This document shows, in pieces, positions 17,680 through 27,110 of a stretch of DNA of 64,000 nucleotides. Where the stretch lies: positions 30,855 through 94,854 of the forward strand of contig JAFLBG010000008.1 in the NCBI GenBank assembly GCA_017303975.1, in the 5' to 3' direction. The position numbers were made by a program, and so were the translations under genes. Position 1 is the stretch's first letter. The number at the start of each line of letters is the position of its first letter. The DNA is from Bacteroidota bacterium (lineage in GTDB: Bacteria > Bacteroidota > Bacteroidia > JAFLBG01). The notes under the pieces are model-generated. The model had not been told where the DNA came from. It made no database searches and saw nothing but the letters and a program-made list of their open reading frames with translations.

Positions 17680-19422
17680 TTACTTTCTTTCCCCAATCTG
17701 TTGTCTCCACATTGCGTAGTACAAGCCTTTTTCTGCCAGTAAATCTTCGTGCTTACCAACTTCCACAATATTTCCTTTTTCTAATACAAATATTTTATCC
17801 GCATGCATGATTGTAGATAAGCGGTGTGCAACCATTATGGTTATATGATGTTTGTTTTGAGAAATGTCTCGTACCGTTTTGGTTATTTCTTCTTCTGTTA
17901 TGGAATCTAATGCAGAGGTGGCCTCATCAAAAACCAAAATAGATGGCTTTCGTAATAATGCACGTGCAATAGACAAACGCTGCTTTTCTCCGCCTGATAC
18001 TTTTACGCCACCTTCGCCAATTACGGTATCAATACCCTTGTCTGCACGCGCCAACAAATTAGCACAAGCCGCTTTTTGCAACACATCCATACATTCCGCA
18101 TCAGTTGCATTTGGTGCTACAAACAGTAAATTCTCTTTTATAGTGCCCGAAAACAATTGTGTATCCTGAGTTACCAAACCAATTTGCTCTCTAAAATAAT
18201 TTAAGTCAACCTCATTAATTGAATGATTGTTGTACGAAACCTCACCATTTAAAGGTCTGTACAATCCCACCAACAGCTTTATAAGCGTAGTTTTTCCCGA
18301 GCCGGATGGACCAACAAAAGCAATTGTTTCTCCTTTTTTAACTTGAAAACTGATATTCTCAAGAGCATTTGATACAGAAGATTGATGTTTAAAAACTACA
18401 TTTTTAAACTCTACTCTCTCCAATTTGTCAAGTATAATAGGTTTTTGTGGTTGTGGTTCTTTAGGTGTATTTAATATGTCACTAAAATTGGTGAGTGATA
18501 CTTCGGCTTCTCGGTATATATTAATGATATTGCCCAATTCTTGTAAAGGCCCAAAAATAAAGAAAGAATAAATTTGAAGAGAGAATAATTCTCCCAAGGT
18601 CATATTCTCGGCAAAAATTAAATACAACAACAAAAACAGAATACTGCTTCTCAACAAGTTTACAAACGTGCCTTGTATAAAGCTTATACTACGTATGTAG
18701 CGAACCTTTTTTAATTCTAATCCTAAAATTTTAATGGTTATTCCGTTCAATCTTCCAATCTCTTGTTGAGCAAGACCTAAACTTTTTACCAATTCAATAT
18801 TGCGCAACGACTCTGTGGTAGAGCCCGCCAATGCAGTTGTTTCGACAACAATTTTTTTCTGAATAGTTTTTATTCGCTTACTTAATACAGATGTTATAAA
18901 GCCTAATATCGGCACAGAGCCAAAATAAACTACAGCAATAATCCAATCAATTTTTATAGCATAAATCATTACAAACACAACTCCTACCAACGATGTAAAT
19001 AAAATATTTACAAAAGCAGAAATCAATTTCTCTACATCGGTCCGTACTTTTTGTAGTTTACCTAAGGTTTCTCCGCTGCGCTGATCCTCAAATACAGAGT
19101 AGGGAAGCTCTAAAGAATGCTTTAGTCCATCGGAATAAATTTGTGCGCCTAAGCGTTGCACAATCACATTTACATAATAGTCTTGAAAATTTTTTGCAAT
19201 ACGCGAAACCATTGCAACGCCCATAGATAGTAGAATCAATCCGCCTACACCTTTTATATATTCTGCTTTAGTATAATCATGCGCTCCAAAGGCATAATCA
19301 TCCACAATATGTTTAAAAACCAATGGGTCGAGCAACGAAAATATTTGATTAATAGCAGCAAGAAGCAAGGCTAGAAGTACTAATTGCCAATAATTTTTTA
19401 AGTAGGAATATAACAGTTTCAT
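17680..19422 (-). CDS. ABC exporter, fused permease/ATPase (MsbA/multidrug type)
   Basis: 580 aa. Six-TM N-terminal half. NBD with Walker A GPSGSGKTT, signature VSGGEKQR, Walker B ILVFDEATS, H-loop MVAHRLS. Confidence 0.9.
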   Translation of the reverse strand: MKLLYSYLKNYWQLVLLALLLAAINQIFSLLDPLVFKHIVDDYAFGAHDYTKAEYIKGVGGLILLSMGVAMVSRIAKNFQDYYVNVIVQRLGAQIYSDGLKHSLELPYSVFEDQRSGETLGKLQKVRTDVEKLISAFVNILFTSLVGVVFVMIYAIKIDWIIAVVYFGSVPILGFITSVLSKRIKTIQKKIVVETTALAGSTTESLRNIELVKSLGLAQQEIGRLNGITIKILGLELKKVRYIRSISFIQGTFVNLLRSSILFLLLYLIFAENMTLGELFSLQIYSFFIFGPLQELGNIINIYREAEVSLTNFSDILNTPKEPQPQKPIILDKLERVEFKNVVFKHQSSVSNALENISFQVKKGETIAFVGPSGSGKTTLIKLLVGLYRPLNGEVSYNNHSINEVDLNYFREQIGLVTQDTQLFSGTIKENLLFVAPNATDAECMDVLQKAACANLLARADKGIDTVIGEGGVKVSGGEKQRLSIARALLRKPSILVFDEATSALDSITEEEITKTVRDISQNKHHITIMVAHRLSTIMHADKIFVLEKGNIVEVGKHEDLLAEKGLYYAMWRQQIGERK

Positions 19423-19683
19423 CTGTAAATGTTTTTATTTTTTATTGTTGTATGGTATAGCCATTTTATTCATTAGTATTTGTGCGCTTTTGTAGATGGC
19501 TTTTTTTTGCTATCAAAGATATAGTTATTTCAATTACATACTCGTTTAAACAAGTGTTTAACGTAATAAATTAATTTTATAAAATCATCTATAGTTTTCG
19601 AATGACAATTTCTAATGTTAATTAATAATTCTATCTGCAATATATTTTTTAGATTTGGTACAAAATTAAAACAAACCATTCAG

Positions 19684-20688
19684 ATGAAAATAGTTAAGCG
19701 AATTGGATTAATAGTTTTAGGACTTGTTCTTCTGGTAACAATCATTTCTTTGTTTTTGCCTAAAAATGCGCACGTTGAAAGGTCTATTATTATCAACACC
19801 AATAAAGAGACTCCATTTGAGTTAGTAAATAATTTAAAACAATGGGATTTATGGTCTCCATGGCATAAGATTGATACTGCAATGATTAAAACATATTCAG
19901 GTCCGGTTGCTGGAACTGGAGCTTCTTATTCATGGGATAGTAAAAACAGGAATGTTGGACAAGGTAAACTTACAATTATACACAGCATCCCATCCGACAC
20001 TATAAATACAGAACTCATTTTTGCCGATCAAGGCACTGCGCTTGGTGGATACGCTTTTGCAAAAGAAGCCGAAGGTGTAAAAGTTACTTGGTGGATTGAT
20101 TTTGAAATGGGAATGAATCCTGTTGCAAAAATAGTTGGTGTATTTATGGATAAGATGATTGGCTCAGATTTCGAGACCGGATTAAAATCATTAAAAAGCA
20201 TTTCGGAAAGTATGCCAATGACGCCAAGTATAGAAATGACAGAAGAAAATATACCCGGCACCAAAGTAGTTAGTATTCGCGAAGAGGTAAAAGATGCCGA
20301 GATATCAAGTAAAATGGGCGAATTTTTCGGAGAACTAATGACATTTACTCAAACTAACAAGTTGCAGCTTGCAGGACCTGTATTTGCTTTGTATCATGGT
20401 CAATCCGAAAATGAAATTGATTTGGAAACATGTATTCCGGTTGCTGATTTTCCTGCAAAGGCAGAGGGTCGAATTAAAGCAACGCAATTGCAGCCTATAA
20501 AAGCTGTTATGTACGATTATTATGGACCATATTCGAAATTATCCGAAGCACACGCTAAAATAAACGATTGGATAAACCATAATTCCAAAAAAGTAAATGG
20601 ATCGCCAAGAGAAGTTTACATTACAGATCCTGTAATGGAAAAGGATAGTACGAAGTGGCTTACAAAAATTTACTATCCGGTAGAATAA
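19684..20688 (+). CDS. Membrane-anchored SRPBCC-like plus GyrI-like (small-molecule binding) fusion protein
   Basis: ATG 19684 (MKIVKRIGLIVLGLVLLVTIISLF TM anchor). The N-terminal half has the SRPBCC/polyketide-cyclase-like pattern (W..WSPW). The C-terminal half (AGPVFALYH...PREVYITDP) resembles the GyrI-like/AraC effector-binding fold. Domain calls are from memory only. Confidence 0.55.
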   Translation: MKIVKRIGLIVLGLVLLVTIISLFLPKNAHVERSIIINTNKETPFELVNNLKQWDLWSPWHKIDTAMIKTYSGPVAGTGASYSWDSKNRNVGQGKLTIIHSIPSDTINTELIFADQGTALGGYAFAKEAEGVKVTWWIDFEMGMNPVAKIVGVFMDKMIGSDFETGLKSLKSISESMPMTPSIEMTEENIPGTKVVSIREEVKDAEISSKMGEFFGELMTFTQTNKLQLAGPVFALYHGQSENEIDLETCIPVADFPAKAEGRIKATQLQPIKAVMYDYYGPYSKLSEAHAKINDWINHNSKKVNGSPREVYITDPVMEKDSTKWLTKIYYPVE

Positions 20689-20759
20689 TTTTTATCGATT
20701 TATCATTTTCACATGCGTTTGAATTGCTTACTTCTTACCTATTTTAACCTGTTGTAATT

Positions 20760-21077
20760 ATGTTAATTTGGCGAGTAATTTTCGATTTCTTAAAGGATAA
20801 AGATTATAGAGAGCTACTAACTACTACAGTTCTTGTATTGGCAATAGGTGCAGGTACTTTTCACTATTTAGAAGGATGGTCTATTCTAGATTCAGTTTAC
20901 TTCTGTGTAATTACCCTTACCACTATAGGATATGGAGATTTAACCCCCAAAACGGATATTGGGAAAATTTTTAATATGATCTATATTGTAATTGGACTAG
21001 GGTTGATTTTAACATTTATACGTACCGTTTACGACCATTACAGTATTACCAAAGCAAAACAGAAACGAAATGAGTAG
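20760..21077 (+). CDS. Minimal two-TM potassium channel subunit
   Basis: 105 aa. TM1, pore helix and canonical selectivity filter TLTTIGYGD, then TM2. No cytoplasmic regulatory domain. Confidence 0.8.
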   Translation: MLIWRVIFDFLKDKDYRELLTTTVLVLAIGAGTFHYLEGWSILDSVYFCVITLTTIGYGDLTPKTDIGKIFNMIYIVIGLGLILTFIRTVYDHYSITKAKQKRNE

Positions 21078-21165
21078 CTATTTATAAGGCAATCTCATAT
21101 CAAATAGAATGGGCACATGTAGTTTGCCAATACACTTATTGAAATTTAAAGAAGTAGCATTCCAT

Positions 21166-21552
21166 TTATTCCTTTTTATAAGATATACGATTTAAAAATG
21201 GATTTCTTTCTAGATACGTAACGTCTATTGTATCTCCCTCAAAATAAATTTCATCATCAGTAATACCTGGCAACGAATAATAAATTTGGTTTCCAACATT
21301 AAATTTTACTAAGAATTCATAACGAATTTTAACTGATTTGGAACCCGACCTTGACGTATAAACGTAATCAACTACACCTTTTGTTTTTAATCCGTTTTTA
21401 TCCAGCTCTCCGGAAGCCTTTGTTTTTACAATAAAAGTTGACCCTAAAAGCCCTAGAAATCCAGTTAATAAGAATAATGCACCAATCCCAATAGATTTAT
21501 CTTTTTTTGAAGTTCGTAAAAAATAAATGAAGCCAATTAATGCAGGAAGCAA
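21166..21552 (-). CDS. DUF3592-like membrane protein (possibly frameshifted; see findings)
   Basis: The ORF-track start is a TTG. The body has TM helices followed by GVVDYVYTSRSG...RYEFLVKFNVGNQIYY...GDTIDVTYLERNP, a DUF3592-type pattern. The natural-looking ATG at 21688 is out of frame by one nt because of an A8 run. Confidence 0.55.
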   Translation of the reverse strand: MLPALIGFIYFLRTSKKDKSIGIGALFLLTGFLGLLGSTFIVKTKASGELDKNGLKTKGVVDYVYTSRSGSKSVKIRYEFLVKFNVGNQIYYSLPGITDDEIYFEGDTIDVTYLERNPFLNRISYKKE

Positions 21553-21913
21553 AACAATTGCAAGTAAGAATTCCCATATTTTGGTACTACTTGAATGTCC
21601 ATAAAGGTATTTTTCTTGAACGAAAGCAATTCGAATTGTAATTACTACAGCAGAGTAAAACAGCGATCCAAGTAAAATTTTTTTTCATAATTGATTATTA
21701 GAAACTGTGTGTGGTTTTTATAAATGGATATTAATCAATAGTTATCGAACTGCGGAATTCGTTGCAAATAAAGACATTTTGAGTAATTACTGCGGATAGC
21801 TACAATTTTAAATTTGTCAGATTTTTTTATACAGTGTACACTCCGTTTAGGATTACTATGTAGCAGCAGAATTCCTTTTTTTTAAATGGAAGAGAACCAA
21901 ACAGTTTTCTCTA

Positions 21914-24900
21914 TTATCTTATTACTTGAATAAATCCTTTCAAGTTTTTGTCTGCCGCTTTTATGGTGTAATAGTATGTCCCATCTGGAACAGGCTCTCC
22001 TGCTGTAGTTCTGCCATCCCAGCCATTTTTACGTAAATTGGTCGAGAACATTTCTACACCCCATCTGTCGTATACCGTGAATAAATAGTCGTAACTCTTA
22101 CAAATATTTGCAACGTTAAATATATCGTTCACGCCATCATAATTAGGAGAAAATACATTTGGAACTTCTACTTCTAACGATTCGCAAGGAACAAACACAA
22201 CTGTTGCGGTGTCTGATGCATAGCATCCTCCCGAGCCTAAATCAGTAACAGTAACAATATACATAGCGCCTTGCCCATTAGATGTTATAATAGGGTCGGA
22301 GCAATTGGTGCAACTTATATTTCCTGTAGATGTCCATGCATAAGAAAGATTACCAACCACAGTACCTGTTATAACTGTATTTAATTGTACCATTTGATCT
22401 TCTGTAATACTTACCGGGCTCGGTGGCGTAACCTGCACATCAAATAATGTAGCAGCTATAACACTACCTGTTAAATTATTTGCAGGCAACTCACACGGAT
22501 TGCCATTTGGAAGCGGATCTCCGATAAGTAAAATTGGTGTAACCGAAATATTATTTGAATACGTGTGTACTACCGTAGATTGATTTGTTTGAGATAATAA
22601 AGTTCCATCTCCAAAGTCCCATGTATAGTAGTCAGCATTATTACTAGTTGCATTAAATGTAACTGTAAATGGAACGCAACCTATAGATGGAGTAAACGAA
22701 AATGAACCAACTGGTCCAGGAACTACTATGTTGTTTTTTACAATGGTGTCGGTACATCCACCAACATTCGTTACTATAAGCGTTATACTATAAGAGCCTG
22801 GACTTGTATAAGTATAAGATGGATTTTTTAAAGTGGAGGTTGCGCCATTTCCAAAATTCCATTGCCATCCATTTACAAAACCTTTAGAGGTATCGGTAAA
22901 TTGTACTTGCATGGTTCCGCAACCATAGGACAAGATAGAGTCTCTATATCCTGCTGTAGGCTTTAAAATTCGGATAGTGTGTGTGATGCTACTGTCACAA
23001 CCATTTACATCAGTAATCGTTAATGTTGCTGTATATACATTGTCAACAGTATAGCTGTGTGTGGTAGTAGCTAGTGTACTAGAGAATACCGAGCCATCGC
23101 CAAAATTCCATGCATACGTTGCAGGTGTTGCTACAGAGCTAGTGCTCGCGTCAAAAGTAATTACATCGTTTTTGCAACGGAACGTATCTACAACTAAAGC
23201 GGGGTATGGTTTTGTCGCGTTTATGTAACTGAGTTTAATTTCCGGAAGAAAACATCCATTGGCATCTTGTACTGTTAATGTAACCGTGTATGCCCCACGT
23301 GTAGGATACACATGAAAAATACTATCGATAGAAGTAGTGTCAATATTTCCATCACCAAAATTCCAAATTCTATTGATGATTAATGAATCTGCAAGAGACA
23401 AATCTTTAAATGTAACTCCCAGTGGAGCGCATCCTGAAGTAGGAGATGCAACATAATTAGCTTGCGTAATTCCATATGCATTAATAATATTAGAAAGTGC
23501 TTTTACGCTTGTACATCCATTTACATCGGTAATTGTTAATGTAGGCGAGAACAATCCTTTTGCTGTATAGGATGCAGTAGGAGAAGCTTGGTTAGAAGAT
23601 GCTACTGCTGTACTTCCAAAATCCCATAAATATGTACTTGCATCTTGAGATGCCGCAGAGTTAAACGTTACATTTAAAGGAACACAACCCTTTGCCGGGT
23701 TTGGTCCATACGTAAAATCGGCTATAGGCTCTGCAATGGTAAATGACTGTGTTCTAGAAAAAGTACAACCGGTTACGGTATTAGTAGCGGTAATGGAAAC
23801 AGTATATAAACCGCGAGCAGCATACGTGTGTGTGGGAGTGTTGTTATTTGTTAAATCAAATGTTCCATCACCAAAATCCCATTGCACAGATGTTGCAGCA
23901 GCAGATGTGTTTGTGAAATTTACATTGTAGTAATTTGTACAACTCAATGTATAAGTAAAGTTAGGTTTAGGAGGATTAACGGTCATTAAATTCAAATAAT
24001 CTATGGTGTCTGCACAACCATTATTTAACGCAACTAAGCGTACATCAAAGGTTCCGGTATCACCATATACGTATAAAGGATTTTTGATAGTAGAACTTCC
24101 TCCATCTCCAAAAGACCATTGCCATTCATCGGCAATATTAGTAAGGTCTGCAAACTGCACCGGAAAGCCAAAACATACAGTTGTAGGTGTAACAGAAAAA
24201 TCTGCCACAGGCTTTGTCCCTGCTTTTACATAGGAATTTTGAACAAGACTGTCTTTACAGCCAGTAGCTGTAGTTACAACTAGCTTTACCGTAAAAAATC
24301 CTTGAGTATTATACGTATTAGTAGCTGTTGTAGCAGCAGTGGTTTGTGTATTCCCATCTCCAAATGTCCAAGCATACGATGTGATAGGCACAGCAGTGCT
24401 TGTACTAGAACTCGTAAAAGTTACAGGCAATGGAATACATCCTAATAGGGGTGTAGCTGAAAAATTAATTACAGGAACTGAAATGTTTACCAAACTACTA
24501 ATTGAGGAACTTGCGGTACATCCATTTGCATTTGTAACAATTAATGAAACATTGAATGAGCCCTCTGCAGTATAGGAATAAACAGGGTTTTGTTGTGTTG
24601 ATGTTCCTCCGCCATCACCAAAATCCCACTGCCAAGCTACTGCACCGGTAGATGCATCCGTAAAATTTACCGAATGTGGTTTAGAGCAGCCTTGTGTAGA
24701 GGTTGCCGTAAAAGAAGCTACAGGGTTTGCATTTACGGTAATGAAGTTTGGTTTAACAATGGTGTCGGAGCAACCGCTTGCATCTGTAGCTACAAAAGTT
24801 ACAGAATAAACTCCCGCTGCATTGTATGCATATGAAGGGTTTAAAGATGTAGATGTGCTGCCATCGCCAAACTGCCACCCTGCGGTAGAAGCAAGTGGAA

Positions 24901-25780
24901 GTGACGCATCTGTAAAGTTTACGCTTTGACCAACACAAACAGTTTGAGAAGGGACAGAAAAATTAGCAGCAATTTTATTTACAACTACAAAATTAGTTTT
25001 GACTACAGAATCTATACAGCCACCTTGATTCACGACTAGTTTAACGGTGTAGCTCCCGTTTGCAACATAGGTATGTGCAGGATTTTGAGCAGTAGATGTG
25101 CCTCCGTCTCCAAACGTCCATGCGTAGGTTGCGGTTCCATTTATTGTTGATGTGCTGCTGAAATTTGTGGTTAAAGGTGCGGTACAGCTTGATGCAGGAC
25201 TGCCTGTGAAATTAGCTGTTGGCGCAGGTACCACGGTTGTGGTTTTAATAACTGAGCCAGTGCATCCATTTGCATCCGTAACAATAAGGGTTACAGGATA
25301 AGTTCCGGATGTGTAGGTATGTGTTGAGGTATTTGTTGCTATTGTTTGACTATTGCCATCACCGTAATCCCACAACCATGTTGTAATTGCGGCACTTCCT
25401 AAAGTAGAATTATCTGTAAATAAAACAGATTTACCAGAGCACGGTACTTGTGGTACTGTTGAAAAATTAGCAACCGGGTTGCTATGCACTGTTATTGTTT
25501 TTATCTCAGTATCTGTAGTAGTTCCGTCAGACACAGTAAGTGTTACAGAATAAACTCCTGGAGTATTGTAAATTGCACTGGCATTTTGCAAAGTCGATGT
25601 GTTTCCATTTCCAAAGCTCCATGTCCATGAAGTTGGGTTTCCGGTTGATAAATCTTGGAAATTAACAGTAAGAGAGGCGCACCCAGAAGAAACATTAGAA
25701 GTAAAAGTTGCAACTACAGCCGAATGCCCAATAACTACTATAAAAAAATTTAATAAAATATTAAGTATATATTTTCTCAT
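21914..25780 (-). CDS. PKD-repeat surface protein with T9SS type-B (gliding motility-associated) C-terminal domain
   Basis: 1288 aa. Signal-like N-terminus. About a dozen tandem ~85-aa PKD-type repeats (recurrent W.FGDG..S....P.H.Y...G.Y.V.L.V....GC). C-terminus VPNVFSPNYDGVNDIF...YDRWGVEMF...WDGR...PDGTYYY is the type-B CTD pattern. Confidence 0.9.
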   Translation of the reverse strand: MRKYILNILLNFFIVVIGHSAVVATFTSNVSSGCASLTVNFQDLSTGNPTSWTWSFGNGNTSTLQNASAIYNTPGVYSVTLTVSDGTTTDTEIKTITVHSNPVANFSTVPQVPCSGKSVLFTDNSTLGSAAITTWLWDYGDGNSQTIATNTSTHTYTSGTYPVTLIVTDANGCTGSVIKTTTVVPAPTANFTGSPASSCTAPLTTNFSSTSTINGTATYAWTFGDGGTSTAQNPAHTYVANGSYTVKLVVNQGGCIDSVVKTNFVVVNKIAANFSVPSQTVCVGQSVNFTDASLPLASTAGWQFGDGSTSTSLNPSYAYNAAGVYSVTFVATDASGCSDTIVKPNFITVNANPVASFTATSTQGCSKPHSVNFTDASTGAVAWQWDFGDGGGTSTQQNPVYSYTAEGSFNVSLIVTNANGCTASSSISSLVNISVPVINFSATPLLGCIPLPVTFTSSSTSTAVPITSYAWTFGDGNTQTTAATTATNTYNTQGFFTVKLVVTTATGCKDSLVQNSYVKAGTKPVADFSVTPTTVCFGFPVQFADLTNIADEWQWSFGDGGSSTIKNPLYVYGDTGTFDVRLVALNNGCADTIDYLNLMTVNPPKPNFTYTLSCTNYYNVNFTNTSAAATSVQWDFGDGTFDLTNNNTPTHTYAARGLYTVSITATNTVTGCTFSRTQSFTIAEPIADFTYGPNPAKGCVPLNVTFNSAASQDASTYLWDFGSTAVASSNQASPTASYTAKGLFSPTLTITDVNGCTSVKALSNIINAYGITQANYVASPTSGCAPLGVTFKDLSLADSLIINRIWNFGDGNIDTTSIDSIFHVYPTRGAYTVTLTVQDANGCFLPEIKLSYINATKPYPALVVDTFRCKNDVITFDASTSSVATPATYAWNFGDGSVFSSTLATTTHSYTVDNVYTATLTITDVNGCDSSITHTIRILKPTAGYRDSILSYGCGTMQVQFTDTSKGFVNGWQWNFGNGATSTLKNPSYTYTSPGSYSITLIVTNVGGCTDTIVKNNIVVPGPVGSFSFTPSIGCVPFTVTFNATSNNADYYTWDFGDGTLLSQTNQSTVVHTYSNNISVTPILLIGDPLPNGNPCELPANNLTGSVIAATLFDVQVTPPSPVSITEDQMVQLNTVITGTVVGNLSYAWTSTGNISCTNCSDPIITSNGQGAMYIVTVTDLGSGGCYASDTATVVFVPCESLEVEVPNVFSPNYDGVNDIFNVANICKSYDYLFTVYDRWGVEMFSTNLRKNGWDGRTTAGEPVPDGTYYYTIKAADKNLKGFIQVIR

Positions 25781-25951
25781 GCCTGTATAAAAATTAAAAG
25801 GATAAACTTCCTTGAAAATACTAATTATCGGTCAATTTAGCTATAAGTGGGTTGTAGTTTATAAACATTAGATTTTTAATAATTTTAAAAGCCATAATTT
25901 TTTTATTCTATTTTTATTGCAGACTTAATTCTTAATTTCGGTTTTTGTTGA

Positions 25952-27046
25952 ATGAATACTCTGTACAACATAGCACTAACACTAATTCCCAAGATTGGCG
26001 ATGTATTGGCTAAGAATTTAGTAGCCTATTGTGGTAGTAGTGAAGCTGTATTTAAAGAGAAAAAGGATGCGCTTTTAAAAATACCTGGGATTGGACAATC
26101 TGCTGCAAAATCCATTGTAGAGAACGATGTGTTAATAAGAGCGGAGCAAGAGTTGGAGTTCATTATGAAATACGGAATCACACCTCTGTTTTACCTAGAT
26201 AAGGATTATCCAAATCGATTAAAGCAATGTAACGATGGTCCTGTAATGTTATATTATAAGGGCGAAAATGTGCTAAATAGTGATAAAATAATAAGTATAA
26301 TTGGTACTCGGAATGCTACCAATTACGGTAAACAACAATGCGAAAAATTAGTTGCTGATTTAAAAGAATTGAATCCTGTAATTATAAGTGGATTGGCCTA
26401 CGGAATTGATGTTCATGCTCATCAGGCTGCATTGGATAATGAGTTGCCTACAATAGCCGTTTTAGCACATGGTTTGGATAAAATGTATCCTGCTGTTCAT
26501 AAATCCGTTGCAAAAAAAATGATTGAAAATGGAGGTGGTTTGCTAACAGATTTTAAAAGTGAGACGATTGCCAACAAAGAGAATTTTCCGAAACGAAATA
26601 GAATAGTTGCCGGAATTTGCGATGCGGTAGTTGTGGTAGAATCTAAAAAGGAGGGAGGGTCGCTTATTACAGCGAATATTGCAGTATCCTATAGCCGAGA
26701 TGTGTTTGCGTTTCCCGGAAAAGCTACCGATGTATATTCGCAAGGATGTAACCATTTGATAAAAACCAATAGAGCAGGATTAATAGAAAGTGCAGAAGAT
26801 TTAATTTACCAATTAGGTTGGCAAAAAAAAGAAAAAAAACCACCCACAAAACAAATACCTCTATTTGCTAATTTATCTCCTGAAGAAGAGGTGCTTGTAA
26901 AAATATTACAAGAAAAAGGCAACACCGGAATAGACGACTTAGCCTACTATTCAAGTATACCTGTATATAAACTTTCTACACTACTTTTAAATTTAGAGTT
27001 TGCGGGAGTAGTAAGATCATTGCCCGGAAAAATGTATTCGATATAA
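25952..27046 (+). CDS. dprA: DNA-processing protein DprA
   Basis: 364 aa. Rossmann-like core IIGTRNAT.YG...ISGLAYGIDVHAHQAAL...TIAVLAHGLD...NFPKRNRIVAG, characteristic of DprA/Smf. Confidence 0.9.
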   Translation: MNTLYNIALTLIPKIGDVLAKNLVAYCGSSEAVFKEKKDALLKIPGIGQSAAKSIVENDVLIRAEQELEFIMKYGITPLFYLDKDYPNRLKQCNDGPVMLYYKGENVLNSDKIISIIGTRNATNYGKQQCEKLVADLKELNPVIISGLAYGIDVHAHQAALDNELPTIAVLAHGLDKMYPAVHKSVAKKMIENGGGLLTDFKSETIANKENFPKRNRIVAGICDAVVVVESKKEGGSLITANIAVSYSRDVFAFPGKATDVYSQGCNHLIKTNRAGLIESAEDLIYQLGWQKKEKKPPTKQIPLFANLSPEEEVLVKILQEKGNTGIDDLAYYSSIPVYKLSTLLLNLEFAGVVRSLPGKMYSI

Positions 27047-27094
27047 AAACAAGAATGACTCTTGAAATCAATTTTCAAGAGTCATTCTTGTTTT
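27046..27094. terminator. Bidirectional rho-independent terminator between convergent genes
   Basis: 22-nt perfect inverted arms aaaacaagaatgactcttgaaa (27046..27067) and tttcaagagtcattcttgtttt (27073..27094) with a 5-nt loop. A-run and T-run flanks serve both strands. Confidence 0.7.
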
Positions 27095-27110
27095 AGTTTT
27101 CTATGTTTTC

